Positions 27,401-39,919 of a stretch of DNA of 64,000 nt are shown here, piece after piece (positions within the stretch are counted from its first letter, which is position 1; every line of letters begins with the position of its first letter). A program made the position numbers and the translations under genes. The notes under the pieces were generated by a model. The model was not told the origin of the DNA and did not search any database. It saw only the letters and a list, made by a program, of their open reading frames with translations. The DNA is taken from assembly GCA_017499595.2 (NCBI GenBank), contig CM039008.1, positions 2,852,001 through 2,916,000 on the forward strand, given 5' to 3'. The stretch is from Psilocybe cubensis. Lineage: Eukaryota.

Positions 27401-29397
27401 CGTGTTTCGTGTTCGTGGCTATGCTTCGTGGTTGTGCTTCGTGGTTGTGCTTCGTGCGATGTGTTTGGGAGTTTGGGAATTTGGGATTCTCGCGATGTGC
27501 GACGCGCTACTGTGTATAAAGGTGGATGGTACTGGGACTGGAGACTGGAGAATAGAAAGAGGACATGGTATTCGAGGTGGACGTGGACGCGGAACGGAAG
27601 CAAACGCAGATGCAGATGCGGACGTGGACGTGGACGTGCTGGTGCTGGTGCTGAGTATGGAAATTGGATTGGATGAAGTGGTTGGGAGTCGAGTTGGTGT
27701 TTGGGTTCGGGTTGGAGTTGGAGTTGGAGTTGGCTGGTTCTGCGTTCTGCATGATACAATGGGAGGAGTTTGAGGATGGTTTGTCTGGGTTTGTGGGCTT
27801 GTGTGTGCGCTTTTGCTTGTGCTTTTTCTTCCGTGGTCGTGGTCGTGCTCGTCGTCTGGCTGGGGTCTTGTTGGTTGTGGTTGTGGATGATGTGTGCCTG
27901 TGATTGGGGACGGGGATAGGATAGGATAGAATAGGATGGAGTGCGCGGTGGTGGTGCATTCTGTATTTTTTTGATCTTTGCTTTTAATTCGTTTCATTTT
28001 CTTTTGGTTCTCTTTTTTCTCTTTATTTCTCTTTTTTTTGACTTTCTGCTCACATTCCAGTTTGACATTGACATCTTGTCGCTGACTTGATTCTGACATT
28101 CTGAACATCTTACTTGCACCTATTACCCATACAGATCCGAAAAACGCACGCGCGTGGCCACCTCTCCTCTTCCTCGCGGATCTTTATACACAGGCGCTAC
28201 TTACGATGGGCGACGATGAATTTTTCGGGTCCTCCTCCTCCTCATCGTCATCGTCATCATCATCATCCACTTACGGACGCCAATATAGTCAGAGACCCGG
28301 ACATGGATACGGGCCAGGACAAGGATATGGACAAGGATATGGACAAGGACAAGGATATGGACAAGGACAAGGACAGACGCAGCTCGCGCGAAACCCGCTC
28401 ACGCTCGACGAACTTGTGTCGTTTAGCAAGCAGCTGTTGAATATTGCGGTGGTTATGTATTGGCGCGCGGATGATTTTGCGGGGGCTGCGGCTGCTTCTT
28501 CTTCTTCTTCTTCTGCTTCTGGTTCTTCGTCTGCGTCTGGGTCTAGTGGGAGTAGAGGGGGGAGTGGAGGAGGGAGTGGGAATGCGAACGCGTTCGTCTC
28601 GCCGTTCGTGTCTACGTGGTCCTCACCCTCACCATCTCCCTCAAATCCAAATTCCATGCAATCAACACAACCCACACAATCGACGCACCAAATCTCAATC
28701 CCACCACCACCCCCAAGCGGCTGCGCATGCACCTGGACAACGGTCCGCGACAAAGTGACGCGCTGCTTACTCGCGATACACGCGCGCGACTCGAGGAGGC
28801 GGTTCGTGCCTGAGGGGCATTGGCTTGTGCAGGGGATTATGGAGGGCTATGGGAGTGTGGGGGCTTTTGTGGAGGCTGCTGTGTGAGTTTTTTTTTGGTC
28901 CTTTTTTTATTTTAAATATTTTTCTGTTTGGGTGGAGCGGATGGCTGATGTTTTTTTTTTTCTTTTTTGTCTTTGTTTTTGGTAGATTGGAAGAACAGAA
29001 TGTGCTTGATGCAGCGGAGGGATCGGCGGTGTCTTCGTCGCATCCTATGCATCCACATGCACACTCACACACGCGACTCGGTCTCCCATCCTCCTCACGG
29101 TCTCCCTTCCCTTTCACCTCCTCCTTCTCCTCCTCATCCTCCCCATCGTCCTCCGCACTGTCCACGTCGACATCGACATCCCACATGAAACGCCAACAAC
29201 GCCACCTCGCGAACCTCTCCCCGCGTCTGGGTGTGCTGAACAACGTGCCGTTCGCGGTGCCGTTTGAAGTGCGCGTTGCGATTTTTAGGGGGTTTGTGAT
29301 GCATGATGTTGTGAGGAGGCGCGAGGGGGGGAGTGGGGCTGGGTTTGGTGCGCAGCGGTGCGTTCTCTTTCTTTTCTGTTTTTTCTCCTTTCTCTGT

Positions 29398-29430
<33 letters not shown>

Positions 29431-31499
29431 CTTACTTTTTTGTGTTTCCTGTTTTGGGTTTCCCTTTTGTGCCGTTGTTTCTGTTTCTGTGTTTTTTTGA
29501 GGGGCGATGCTGATGCTGATGCTGATGCTGATGATTAATTGGTTCTTGCACAGGTACGGAAATTTTGGATATCAGACGCGACCGCGTGTACAGGTGCGCA
29601 GGGGTATGGTTGCGCAGGATGGGTTTGATAGGCTTGGAGAGGTCGATTTGAAGGCGCCGGTTGAGATTGCGTTTATTGATCAGTTCGGGCAGGAGGAGTA
29701 CGTATTTCTCCTTGCATATTTCTGAGTATTGCGTTCGCTGACATATGGCATTTGACGTCTATTTCTCTTTCCATTTCCATCTGCATCTGCGCTTGCATTT
29801 GCACTTGTATCTATATCTGCATTCTTTGTTTCGATTGTGATTTCGGTTTTCGATTTCGGATTTTTTGGTTTCGGTTTTGGCCTTGGTCTTGGTATCACAG
29901 AGCGGGCATCGATGGTGGAGGCGTGTTCAAAGAGTTTTTCACGTCGTTGTGTCAGGAAGTATTCGATACGGACCGTGGACTGTGGCTTGCGAATAAGAAG
30001 AATGAGCTGTATCCTAATCCGCATGCGTATGCTACTGAACGTGAGTTTTCTTCGTATTCCCGCTTGTCAAAGTTGGGTTTTGTTGATTGTGGCTCATTTG
30101 CCTCTCCCCTTTTTTTTTCTGATTTTTATTTTTATTTTTGGGCGAATTAGCGCACAGTTTGAACTGGTACAGGTTCATTGGCCGGATATTGGGCAAGGCG
30201 ATGTATGAGGGTATATTGGTAGACGTGGCTTTTGCTGGATTTTTCTTGGCCAAGGTGCGTTTTTTTTTTCGAGTTTCAGGTTTCAGGTTGTTGACCTCTC
30301 CCGGCTTACAGTGGTTAGGCAGACAAAGCTTCCTGGATGATCTCGCGTCGCTTGATCCGGAGTTGTATAATGGGCTTATCTTTCTTAAGCATTATACTGG
30401 AGATCCAGAGGAGCTTGCGTTGAATTTTACGGTTGCTATTGATGGTAAGCTTGTATTCTTCTCACTCTCGCTCTCATCGTATATACTCATCCACTTCCCC
30501 TCCGCCTTCTCCGCCCTCACCTCACCTCGCCCTGTAAACTACCCCTATCCCATCCATCACACCACCCCGCCCTCCACTCAGAATTCGGCGTCACGAAATC
30601 GATCGACCTCATCCCGAACGGGAGCAATGTGCCTGTGACGCGCGAGAATAGGCTGTTGTATATCTACCTCGTGTCGCATTTCAGACTGAATAAGCAGATA
30701 AGGCTGCAGAGCGAGGCGTTCTTTGAAGGGTTGATGGAGATTGTTGAGGCGAGGTGGTTGAGGTGCGTTATTTTTTTTTTTTTCTGTGTTGTGTTGTATT
30801 GTAACAGAAGGTCGTTTGCTGAATTTTTTTTTTTTTGTGAATTGTGTGTGTGTGTGTGGGAATGTAGGATGTTTAACCAGCAGGAAGTCCAGATTTTGAT
30901 TGGGGGTGTTAATTCGCCTATTGATCTTGTGGATCTGCGCCGGCACACGAACTATGGTGGGTTATATGACGATGATCATCCGACTATCGTCGCATTTTGG
31001 AATGTGCGTATCATCCACCTTGTATTTCTGGATGATCATGATGGTTTTGGAACTGACTTTGTGGTTTCTTTGCGGGTGTAGGTTGTGAATTCGCTGGATC
31101 AGGAGCAGAGAAGGGCGTTGTTGCGGTTCGTGACAAGTTGTAGTCGGCCGCCGTTGCTGTACGTGTTTTTCTTGCTTTTCAGACTCCGTCGGGCCCTGAC
31201 CGAATCTTTTGTACGTTGTACAGCGGGTTCAAAGAGCTCAATCCAAACTTTTGCATTCGCGACTCGGGATCGGACCAACACCGTCTGCCAACATCAAGTA
31301 CATGTGTGAATTTGCTCAAGGTATGTCTTGTCTCCGCACCACGCCATTCCTGCTTTCAAAATTTAAATTTAAAATGTAAAATGCATGCTGATTGACGCGT
31401 TTGGTTTTTGTTTAGCTCCCGAGGTATGACAGCGAGCGCACGTTGAGGGAGAAATTGCTCCAGGCGATTAATTCGGGTGCTGGATTTGATTTGTCGTGA
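24419..31499 (+). CDS. HUL5: HECT E3 ubiquitin ligase, Hul5/UBE3C family (about 14 exons)
   Basis: N-terminal RKINLGG and IQ-like VRVQAVWRG; LTIPLLPNRLP; LNNVPFAVPFEVRV; GIDGGGVFKEF; FIGRILGKAMYEGILVD; LLRFVTSCSRPPLL; catalytic LPTSSTCVNLLKLP; ends GAGFDLS-TGA. Family assignment is from motifs; orthology not tested. Confidence 0.93.
26481..28134 (+). repeat. About 1.65-kb HECT intron made of G/T-rich simple repeats and homopolymers
   Basis: Donor gtgag at 26481, acceptor catacag at 28134; splicing restores GVLL-DPKNARAWPPLLFLADLY. Contains poly-T, poly-G, (tggttg)n, (gtttcgt)n, (ggacgt)n, (ggagtt)n and (ggata)n tracts. Confidence 0.8.
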
Positions 31500-32743
31500 G
31501 CGTCGCCGAGAGTAATTTGGCGATACAGGTTTTTCTTTCCGTCTTTTCTTGTTTGTTTGGGAGTGGTACATACATGCCCTGCATGATCGTCTTTGGATTA
31601 GGGGATCGGGACGGCAGGGTGAAGTACTCGTGATTGGAGGACGTAATGCAATTAGATGAGGGAGAATCGAGTTGTCGATCACAGTGACCAAGTTTGTAAT
31701 TTTTAGATGGCGTATAATCATACTTTTTTTTTCTTGCATTTTTTGTACTACTTACCTTTGCATTCGTATCGCGGCTGTTTTCTCAGTTGTTGCACTATTA
31801 CTACACATCATGTCCTGTATTGCATCTGGTTACTCGGTGAAAAAGTGGCTGTCGTATATACCATTGCAGCCGCTTTTCACTGGTAAGCGGGGTTTGTATC
31901 AATCGATTCCGATGCTTCACATGAACCAGCCAATCAAATTTCGTCAATGTTATCCGACCAATCACTCAACTCGAAATTTTCTCGATGCTTCTTTGTTTTC
32001 TCTCACATCAACGCCATTGTTCTCCTACTGGCATGCTTTGTTTCACGGGAATTAGCGGTAGACGGTCTCGGGTCCCAACAGCGGGTCTTTTATTGCCTGT
32101 GGTACCTTGCAATTTTCACTCGTCGTTCGTCCAGCTTGAGCCAGAATAAGATAGCCTAATGACGTACGGTAGTGAAAGATTCTGTTGAGAAAGGCGGCAT
32201 GGTAAAGAATTGCAATGGGTAGATTGAAATTTAAATCTACTAGGGACAGACTGCTGTCTCTGGACCAGGTTCGGGGACTCGGTATTCAAAGGCCCAGACA
32301 TCGGACAAATACAGAAAAACAAACGACCTTTGCTCTTCGTCGGATGTGGTCCCTGACCAATCAACCATGTGTCGGTAAAATGAGTCGTCTTCTGATTCTT
32401 CACATTTAGCACCCTCCAAACGCAGTAAATATGTCGGGGGCAATGGGAGGATTGGCCAAGACACAGTTTTTCGATACTCGGTATGGTATATGCGCCTCCT
32501 GATGTTCCCTCGTACGGCAGGTCTGCTTCAAAACAGCCTTCTGGGGTAATATCCATCGGTTTAAGGGAAACCAATCCACCTAGTTTTTTTTTCTGCTTTG
32601 TATAAGCCTCGGAGTGAGATGGGGATGTTTTGCATTATAAGCTTTGCCATCATCGAGCGTCATCGACCAAGTTATTCGACCTCTCCTCCTCCCGAGAAAT
32701 CCAAAACCTTCCATTCTATCCAATCCCTCAACACTATCACAAT

Positions 32744-33511
32744 ATGCCCGCTACCAGAAATACTCGTCGTGCCACTCCGGAAACATCGCGCAATGTCACT
32801 TGGGAAACGTCGAGTTGGGCGATTGAGGACACGGATGAACAGACGCCAAAGGTATCGTACTCACACATTAATTCTTACTTGTTCACTCAACTAACGGCTC
32901 TTGTGTCTTCATTCAGCCAAGACGAAGCGATCCATGTATATATTGCGGGAAAGTATTAAGCAGACAGTCGGATATGAAACGACACATGGCAAGATACGGG
33001 CCAAAGTAAGTCTTTTTTCATTCAATTTTTTCTGAATTTACTTACATTTATTGTTAAAGAAACTTCAAATGCCCTGAATGCCCTTTCGCATCGCACACGT
33101 CGTGCGGGCTAAGGGTCCATTATAGGACGAAGCAGTAAGTTCCCGTCTATTAAATTTTCACTAGCCCTTCTTATTATTTTATGCCACAGTACCGACGAAA
33201 AGGACGATTGTCCTTTCGATGACTGTCCCTACGGCAGTGGCGATCCATCAAGCCTACACCGCCACAAGCGCAGTGCGCACCCAGAATTTGTACCGGCACC
33301 GCGAGCCGCCACAATCCCCATTTCGCAGCCGGATATTGTGCAGCGCGGCAGCACATATCCCCAACATCACCAGTATTCCGTGTTTCGGGCATGGCCACGG
33401 CCATCCGACACTTCATCGACGTCAATAGCCCGTCTCCCTTCGCTTCACGAGCTGGACATATGGATAGCTGCCCAACATGAAAAGGATAGGCGAGCTCGGG
33501 CCAATTGCTAA
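32744..33511 (+). CDS. C2H2 zinc-finger protein, short paralogue (copy B; 4 exons)
   Basis: MPATRNTRRAT.. | CIYCGKVLSRQSDMKRHMARY | FKCPECPFASHTSCGLRVHYRTKH | CPFDDCPYGSGDPSSLHRHKRSAHPEFVPA..RLPSLHEL..TAA. Intron positions match copy A. Confidence 0.82.
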
Positions 33512-34521
33512 CCTTCTTACCTTTTGTCATTATTTTTACTTACATACTGTACTTTTACTATTATCAGATCTCTTAATACAATGACTGTAACTACTTTATC
33601 CAAGCATAAGTTTATTGATCTTGATAGAACAGACACATGAAACATGGAGGTTTTATGACAGTAAGAAGGATAACTTAAAAATTGGTGACTATTCAGGTTA
33701 TTAAAGAAGATACTACATCGTCAAATAAACGTGTAACATGTCATAAATTCGCCTAATTCTCTTTAATAAACATCTATTGAGGACGATTTTACCATGCAGA
33801 TACCATACAAACAAACTGTTCAAATCATTCTCAACAACCAAAGCTAACCATCACCGTGATCGACTTCTCAATTTGCCTGCCATATTTCACCCCGAAAACG
33901 TTTCGGAAATAGAAAAGATATATCTAACGAGAAAACTGTGTCTGCGTCCAATGATTGTGATTAGTCATACGCAGGGATAGTGAAGCGAGCGGGAATGGTG
34001 GACGCTAATACTAGAGACAAGAATGGTATTGAGGGCGACGCATGATCCGAAGGGAGAAGATGCGACGATAGCTTGAACGAAATCATCACTGACTAACCTT
34101 TTTGCCAGCACATTGCACACCGCACGCAATCCGAATGCAGGGTCTAGTCACAGTCAATTCACCCCTCCGTCCTTTCATGTCAATACAAAGCTCGTCAAAA
34201 AATCCACTATTGTAAGCATATACTCCCTCGCACACCTCCGCCTCCACACCGTCAAATATGGTACCATTTGCTGTCTCCCGCGTTGCTACCACCATCGATA
34301 GAAGTCCAAAGTACGAATTTGACATGAAGCAGTTTTATGTGGATGATCATATACAACAGTACGAAACGATTTATTCAAAAAACGCCGGAATTTATCACAA
34401 AGTTACAAATTTCAACAATTGAATCACCTAATTCTAACCAAACTAGTAGTAAAGACAAGAAATGAGTTAAAGTATGTACTATCATAGTCCCCGGAAAGCC
34501 CCCTTAAGGCCTTGTTCGGCC

Positions 34522-36138
34522 TTAAATATCAGAATCAGATATGTTGGCGAGGTCATCATGGATGGCTCCAGACTCAAATTCAACTTCAAAATCAAGCTCA
34601 CTAGCTAATGCTCTCCATGACGCAGCTTCCTCCACTGACATAATGGAAATGTCGCGACTCTCAAAGGAAACTTTCTTGATGGGCATCGCGTGATCCTTCC
34701 GAGACCTAACAAATTGGTATATCTCCTGTGAGTCTAACGGCTCGTAGCGCTGCCAGTCGTGTACGACAATATTGCAAACAGATGGGAAAAGATTCAAACT
34801 ACCAAGATTACCTTCTTGGTGAATTTGTTCCGCTTCTCTGATGATTTGGAGGGTCTTTGCGTCGGTTTCTAGAGTGTTCACGTTCTTGAAGTGATTGAGA
34901 AAGGAGAGCATGGAATCGCTGGGTGATGGTAGCTGATGTACTGCCAAATGAAGTTTTGTAGTCGTCGAAATAGGATCCACTAATCCAGATAATAACGCAG
35001 CATTGACCTGTGCGACAAATCCTGGCCAATTGTTCCCGTTGTTGGACAGAATGGTCTTAATGTCCTCCAAGGTTATGTCTAGGAATTGACGCCCATCATG
35101 TATGTTGAAGTGACCGTGATCACTCATCTCGTAGTAATGAAAGTTAGGGAAGGTACGATGCTGATAGGACTGATGTCGAAGAAACGTGGACAAGGCAGCA
35201 CCAATATCCAGGAAGTTTGTAACAATATCTGAAGATAAATCACGACTTTCATCCCAATCGTTGAAAATCAAGGAACAGTGTGGTCCAGGAACGATGTATT
35301 TCAATAATAGAATTATTGTCATGACGTTGGACTCAGTGATGCTGAGCCGGGAAAGGTTTGGAATTTGGACGGGAATTAAAGATTGGTCGACCTCATAATG
35401 GAAGAATGTATTCGTAATTCCTAATGTTTCGAGATGCGGTAGGAGTTTCAGACCACGTAGAAACTGTGAAGCAGTAAATTTGTCCACGCAAAGATCATGA
35501 AAGTGACGTAGGTTGTTGTACCAAGGATGTGCTGGGTCAACTGTAAGCCGGAAGCGTAGTTGAACCTCACGAAGAGCCCGGGGAGAAGTGCCAGAGAATA
35601 ATATCCCATCATCCATATCTTCAAAGGGTACATCTCCCTGAATACACAGTTGCTCAAGGTTTGGTGCAGGTCTTTGGAGGAGCTCTTCCCAATCAGCTGC
35701 ATCATAGAAGTAGTCATTTATAAGCAGCCGACGAATGCGCGCCCAGTTTTCATCCAGGAAAACTTCCAGGAAATCACGCATACACTCCTTATCTGATACA
35801 ATTCTAGAAATTGTGCCTACCACAGTAAGCAGACAGTTGCCTGTCCTTTTGACAACCTCATTGCGCCAGTTATCATTCCCACCTGCTAGCAATTCTAGAT
35901 CCAGAGAGTTGGCCCAGAGAGTCGGAGATGAGAGAATCAAGCGACGCCATTTATGGCATACTTGAGAACTCTTACGTGTAACAGTCAATGGCGCAGACGC
36001 ACGGTCCAGGCTTGACATACCCAAGCGGGGGCGGCCAGGGATGAATGAATCTGCAGAATTTGCGTTGAGTGAAAAGATGTAGAACAGGATATCTTCGTTG
36101 AGGTGGAGAAAGGGGAGTGATCGAGCTACTGGTGTCAT
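34522..36138 (-). CDS. Single-exon F-box / LRR(RNI)-like protein, copy B
   Basis: 538-aa ORF colinear with copy A (APLTVTRK.SQVC..W..LILSSPTLWA, RPAPNLEQLCI, QSYQHRTFP, LETDAKTL.IIREAE). Confidence 0.85.
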   Translation of the reverse strand: MTPVARSLPFLHLNEDILFYIFSLNANSADSFIPGRPRLGMSSLDRASAPLTVTRKSSQVCHKWRRLILSSPTLWANSLDLELLAGGNDNWRNEVVKRTGNCLLTVVGTISRIVSDKECMRDFLEVFLDENWARIRRLLINDYFYDAADWEELLQRPAPNLEQLCIQGDVPFEDMDDGILFSGTSPRALREVQLRFRLTVDPAHPWYNNLRHFHDLCVDKFTASQFLRGLKLLPHLETLGITNTFFHYEVDQSLIPVQIPNLSRLSITESNVMTIILLLKYIVPGPHCSLIFNDWDESRDLSSDIVTNFLDIGAALSTFLRHQSYQHRTFPNFHYYEMSDHGHFNIHDGRQFLDITLEDIKTILSNNGNNWPGFVAQVNAALLSGLVDPISTTTKLHLAVHQLPSPSDSMLSFLNHFKNVNTLETDAKTLQIIREAEQIHQEGNLGSLNLFPSVCNIVVHDWQRYEPLDSQEIYQFVRSRKDHAMPIKKVSFESRDISIMSVEEAASWRALASELDFEVEFESGAIHDDLANISDSDI

Positions 36139-36849
36139 CGTGATTTGTTACTTTTCACAATCGTGAGTAGGCGCCTAAAGTGTGTTGCTTATTTACCGTT
36201 GGATGGATAGATAAAATGAGTCAATACAGCAGTATCCCTGTCATGAACGGTATTTTATATTCTGGAGTAGGCCAACCAAGGCATTTTCGTATAACGACAT
36301 GTTTGTAAATTCTGGACAAAGCGCGGAGTGGCCATACTGTTTTTGCCATAAGCATAGAAATTAGAGATTGGCTGTTGTTGGCCCAGCCGAAGGTGGCAGC
36401 AAACAAAGCGTGCAAAACTTGAACTGAGAAAGATCAAGTTAACGGCCTAAATTCAACTTCCACACAGGTGGACCGAATGCTACTGTTTGAGTTATCTGGT
36501 CAACGTCCAGTTCCACCCGCAAATTGCGTCATAAACCCGGCGTTGAGCGGAGAAGATTGACATTCAAGCGGACAAGGGGGACTTACAGGTATGAATGATA
36601 ACACTATAGGCAGCAAGTTGTTTGGAGGAAGAATTGAATACTTGAGTGATTAAATGTTTCATCTGCCCTTCCCAGGGTCAATAAAACCAGAGAGAACAAT
36701 CAGACCTCGATGTTATGCCAATAACTCAATTGAGAAGACGCCGTTATGACTATAAAGTACCCATCCCATTGTGCCAGATACAATTGCTTGACAAAGATAT
36801 ATTCACCAGTGGCTTTCCATAAATCAGAGATACTAATGAGCTGTTATAT

Positions 36850-37656
36850 AAAATGTATATTAATTATGGTCTAATGTTGAAATAGGCTGACAAAAGGGAG
36901 TTCAAACCGATCTTTAAAATTATGAAGGACATGTTTCTACCATGATAATACCATTTCCTAACCCCGTTTATAATACTAAACACCACCAATAAACTCAGTC
37001 AGGCATGAAATGTGCACAGACCTTGCCTGGCCCAATAACTAAATACCATAACCTTCTTCAAACATCTTCAGCTTCAGCCAATGCCCTACTTTTATTAAGT
37101 CGATCGATTGACTAGAAAATATGTATTAGTAGTGGGCACTTTCTACAGGTGTAAATACAGACACGCACCCCAGCTTCAGACTGCTCCATCTTCACCTGAA
37201 TTGCTAGTATTGTCGACTGCAGGGTGCTTACTGTCGACTGTAGGGTGCTGACCGTCGACTGCAGGGTGCTGACTGTCGACTGCAGGGTACTGAGAGCGGC
37301 GGTGGTGTCTCTCTTGTATATGTCAAAATTCTGGCTAAAGGCCTGAAACCAGGCTGGCGCTGTTTCTAAAGGGTAATCATTATGGTAACTCGGTTTCGCT
37401 GCAAAGAGGCTTTAATACCTGCACGGCCAGCCTCTTGCGCAGCCTCTGTATACTTTTCAACGGCCAGCAAAGCAGAATCAAATATTCTGCTGGCTGCCAA
37501 TTCGTCTATAGCTGGCACTAAGCATAGTTAAACTTGTGTAAGGGATGTATCATCGTAACGGGTCGCGAGGCACATACTTCGAGCGCTATCAATATAACCG
37601 TCCAAAGAGACCATGGCCTCCCCAAATTGAAACACTTTGCTGGTTGGCTCTGGCAT
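36850..37656 (-). pseudogene. Small multi-exon coiled-coil protein gene with a (STLQSTV)x4 heptad repeat; probably disrupted
   Basis: MPEPTSK.. | MPAIDEL.. | ETAPAWF..STLQSTV repeats (21-bp unit at 37210-37292) | SIDRLNKSRALAEAEDV-TGA. Downstream exons unreadable. The copia is inserted 54 bp upstream of the ATG. Confidence 0.55.
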
Positions 37657-37709
37657 AGACGATGATTTTACCGTTTCTTAGAATATAAAGTGATTTGGTA
37701 ATGGGCGGG

Positions 37710-37967
37710 TGAAGGAAACTGAACACGAAATGAGTCTCAACTCAGCTGAAGGAATCAAAGGCTTATATATTGACCTGAACACGAAATGAGTCTCAACTAT
37801 AAACTAGGTCAGCTACTTTCTACGAGTAACAGAATAAGAATGTACCTCAGCTGAAGGAATCAAAGGCTGAGGTACCGAGGCAGAAAGTAGCGAGTATAAG
37901 TGAAAAATTCGTAGCTGAAGAAGTTGATCATGGTCAAGGGAAGGTGATGCGTTGTACTAAAGTGGAA
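37710..37967 (-). repeat. Copia 3' LTR, distal part
   Basis: Matches 58587-58844 with one difference seen (cacgaaat vs cacaaaat). Confidence 0.95.
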
Positions 37968-38271
37968 CACATAAGACAGTTTATTTATAACGTACATTAC
38001 CTAAGATTTAATAATAAGGATATTACGTGAGACACGGTGGATTTACTCCCGCTACCTAATTAGGAGATTAGCGTGATGTACGTGTGATTTATCCTGGCAA
38101 ATCATAGCGTACATGACGTGCCATTTAGCACTAAATGGAGCCGCCGGGTGGCATGCGGGATCCGCGTGTCGGGCTGCACGGGAAAAACACGGGCCGCAAA
38201 TGAACCGGACGGGTCCATCTACATCCCGTGTATTGCAAGCAGACGGATCCGTTTTGACCCGTGTTGTGCTG
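37968..38271 (+). repeat. KDZ left TIR (304 bp)
   Basis: Reverse complement of 53333-53636; no mismatch seen by eye. Confidence 0.95.
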
Positions 38272-38412
38272 AGACGGGTCCATTCATCCACCCGCTTCTG
38301 TATTCCGACAAATATCCGCCTTGAAGAATCATACATCGGATGACCGTTAATATATGTAATAAGGTGTATAGATTATACTGGCAGCACATTCCTTTCCACA
38401 TACCCTGATAGC

Positions 38413-39692
38413 ATGGATTATGCCTTTGAGCTAACCCAATCCCTCTCAAACTACATGAAGGCACAAATAGCTAGTCGTCTTTGGCATGCAGAACTGCCTA
38501 ATCAAATCCGGGAAAACTTCAGTGCTGAGACCATGTTTGAGTGCAATCTAGCTGTGGAGGTGATTTTGCAGGCATTTGAAAATCAAGGTATGCAATCAAT
38601 AAGCTTTGAAAATTGAGATTAAATAATGTGTGAATGGCAGAATATACGACGTGGGATGCAGAAGAATATTTGACTCATCTCAGTGCACGTTGCACGGGTC
38701 AGAATTTTACCGTTGAGGCTCGCCTGAAAGACAAGTTTTCTCCGGTGCATTCCGCGTTACAGTACCAAACCCTGCCCGGAACTGTGGTCGATAGTGCAGG
38801 CAACATATTGGTGTGGTACCTGCCAGGTATTTTGTCAGAGACAAGGGTGGTGAGTTTTAGAAACAGACCAATTAATTCATATATTATGCTTTCTAAAGAG
38901 TAACAGGAGAGTGTGTGGAATTCATTACGGGATATTGAAACAATGATTCACAAGGCGGTACCTTTGGCCACAAGCTGGAGGGTCAATGACAGTTACTTTC
39001 GACATGAGCCAGGTTGGGTTCAACCTGGAAATATTAACTTCTCCCCGGCATGGTTTCAGCAAGGCCATGAGGTGAGAAACTTGTATGCTAATTATTATAC
39101 TGCCTCATATTTTCCTCAGACGTCCAACCCGCTTGAGGTCTCCTTGGACTTGTGTAATCCAATTGGACAGGAGTTTATACGAGACACGACGACATCTTCG
39201 GCTTTGCTGGGAGCCATCTTGAGCATTATACATCCCGAGCAGTACCGGGCGGGAATGAAATTTCTTCAACGGCTTGCTGCGGAACCGGAGCTTGTCCATA
39301 AGGCTGAAATATTGAAGCAAATTCTCACAATTTGGAGTTCGCCCTTTGGAGTCATGACCGTGATCAGCAACCGAGATACACCATACCATCGGGATAATGG
39401 GTCGTGCTACTCATGGTACGATTTTTTGATGCCGCTTGGGAAGGGTGAACACGGACGGCTTGAGCTTCCGGGCCTTGGACTTCGGTACAAGTATGATCCC
39501 ATGACCCTTGTTGCAATTACCGGCAGGTTGCTTCAACACGGCGCGGTGTGCGATGGAGACAGGGCAGTCATAGTCTATTACATGCGTAGGACTGTATTTG
39601 AAGAGCTGGGAGTCCAAGAGGCGGGATGGTCTACTACGTACGATCTTTTTGCAAATTTACCGGCCACCAACGCTTTTGATTTTGAAATATGA
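38413..39692 (+). CDS. TET: TET/JBP-family 2-oxoglutarate Fe(II) dioxygenase (4 exons, apparently intact)
   Basis: VVDSAGNILVWYLPG; PGNINFSPAWFQQGH; HxD in ISNRDTPYHRD; LELPGLG; distal His and Arg in GRLLQHGA..GDRAVIVYYMR. Location in a KDZ element matches known fungal TET/JBP genes. Confidence 0.9.
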
Positions 39693-39919
39693 TCAGTTTT
39701 TGACTTGGAAGTTGGGTTTGGGGAAGATTTTTTTATATTTCCAAACCAAAACAGTACGAAAGCTACAGCACAACCAGAATTCTCTGTCCCAGGGTGTTTC
39801 CGACGCGTCCGCGCTGAGCTCTTCCAAGGTTACCGGAATCATCGGACTCCGCCGTCGTATTACCGGCGGAAAAGGCATCATCCGCCTCCTCTTCGATGTC
39901 CTGTGCGAGAGGTGGGCAA

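Noticed and set aside
25693-27759. 688-aa minus-strand ORF and other long ORFs over the HECT gene
   Set aside because: Antisense shadows of low-complexity G/T-rich sequence with few stop codons.
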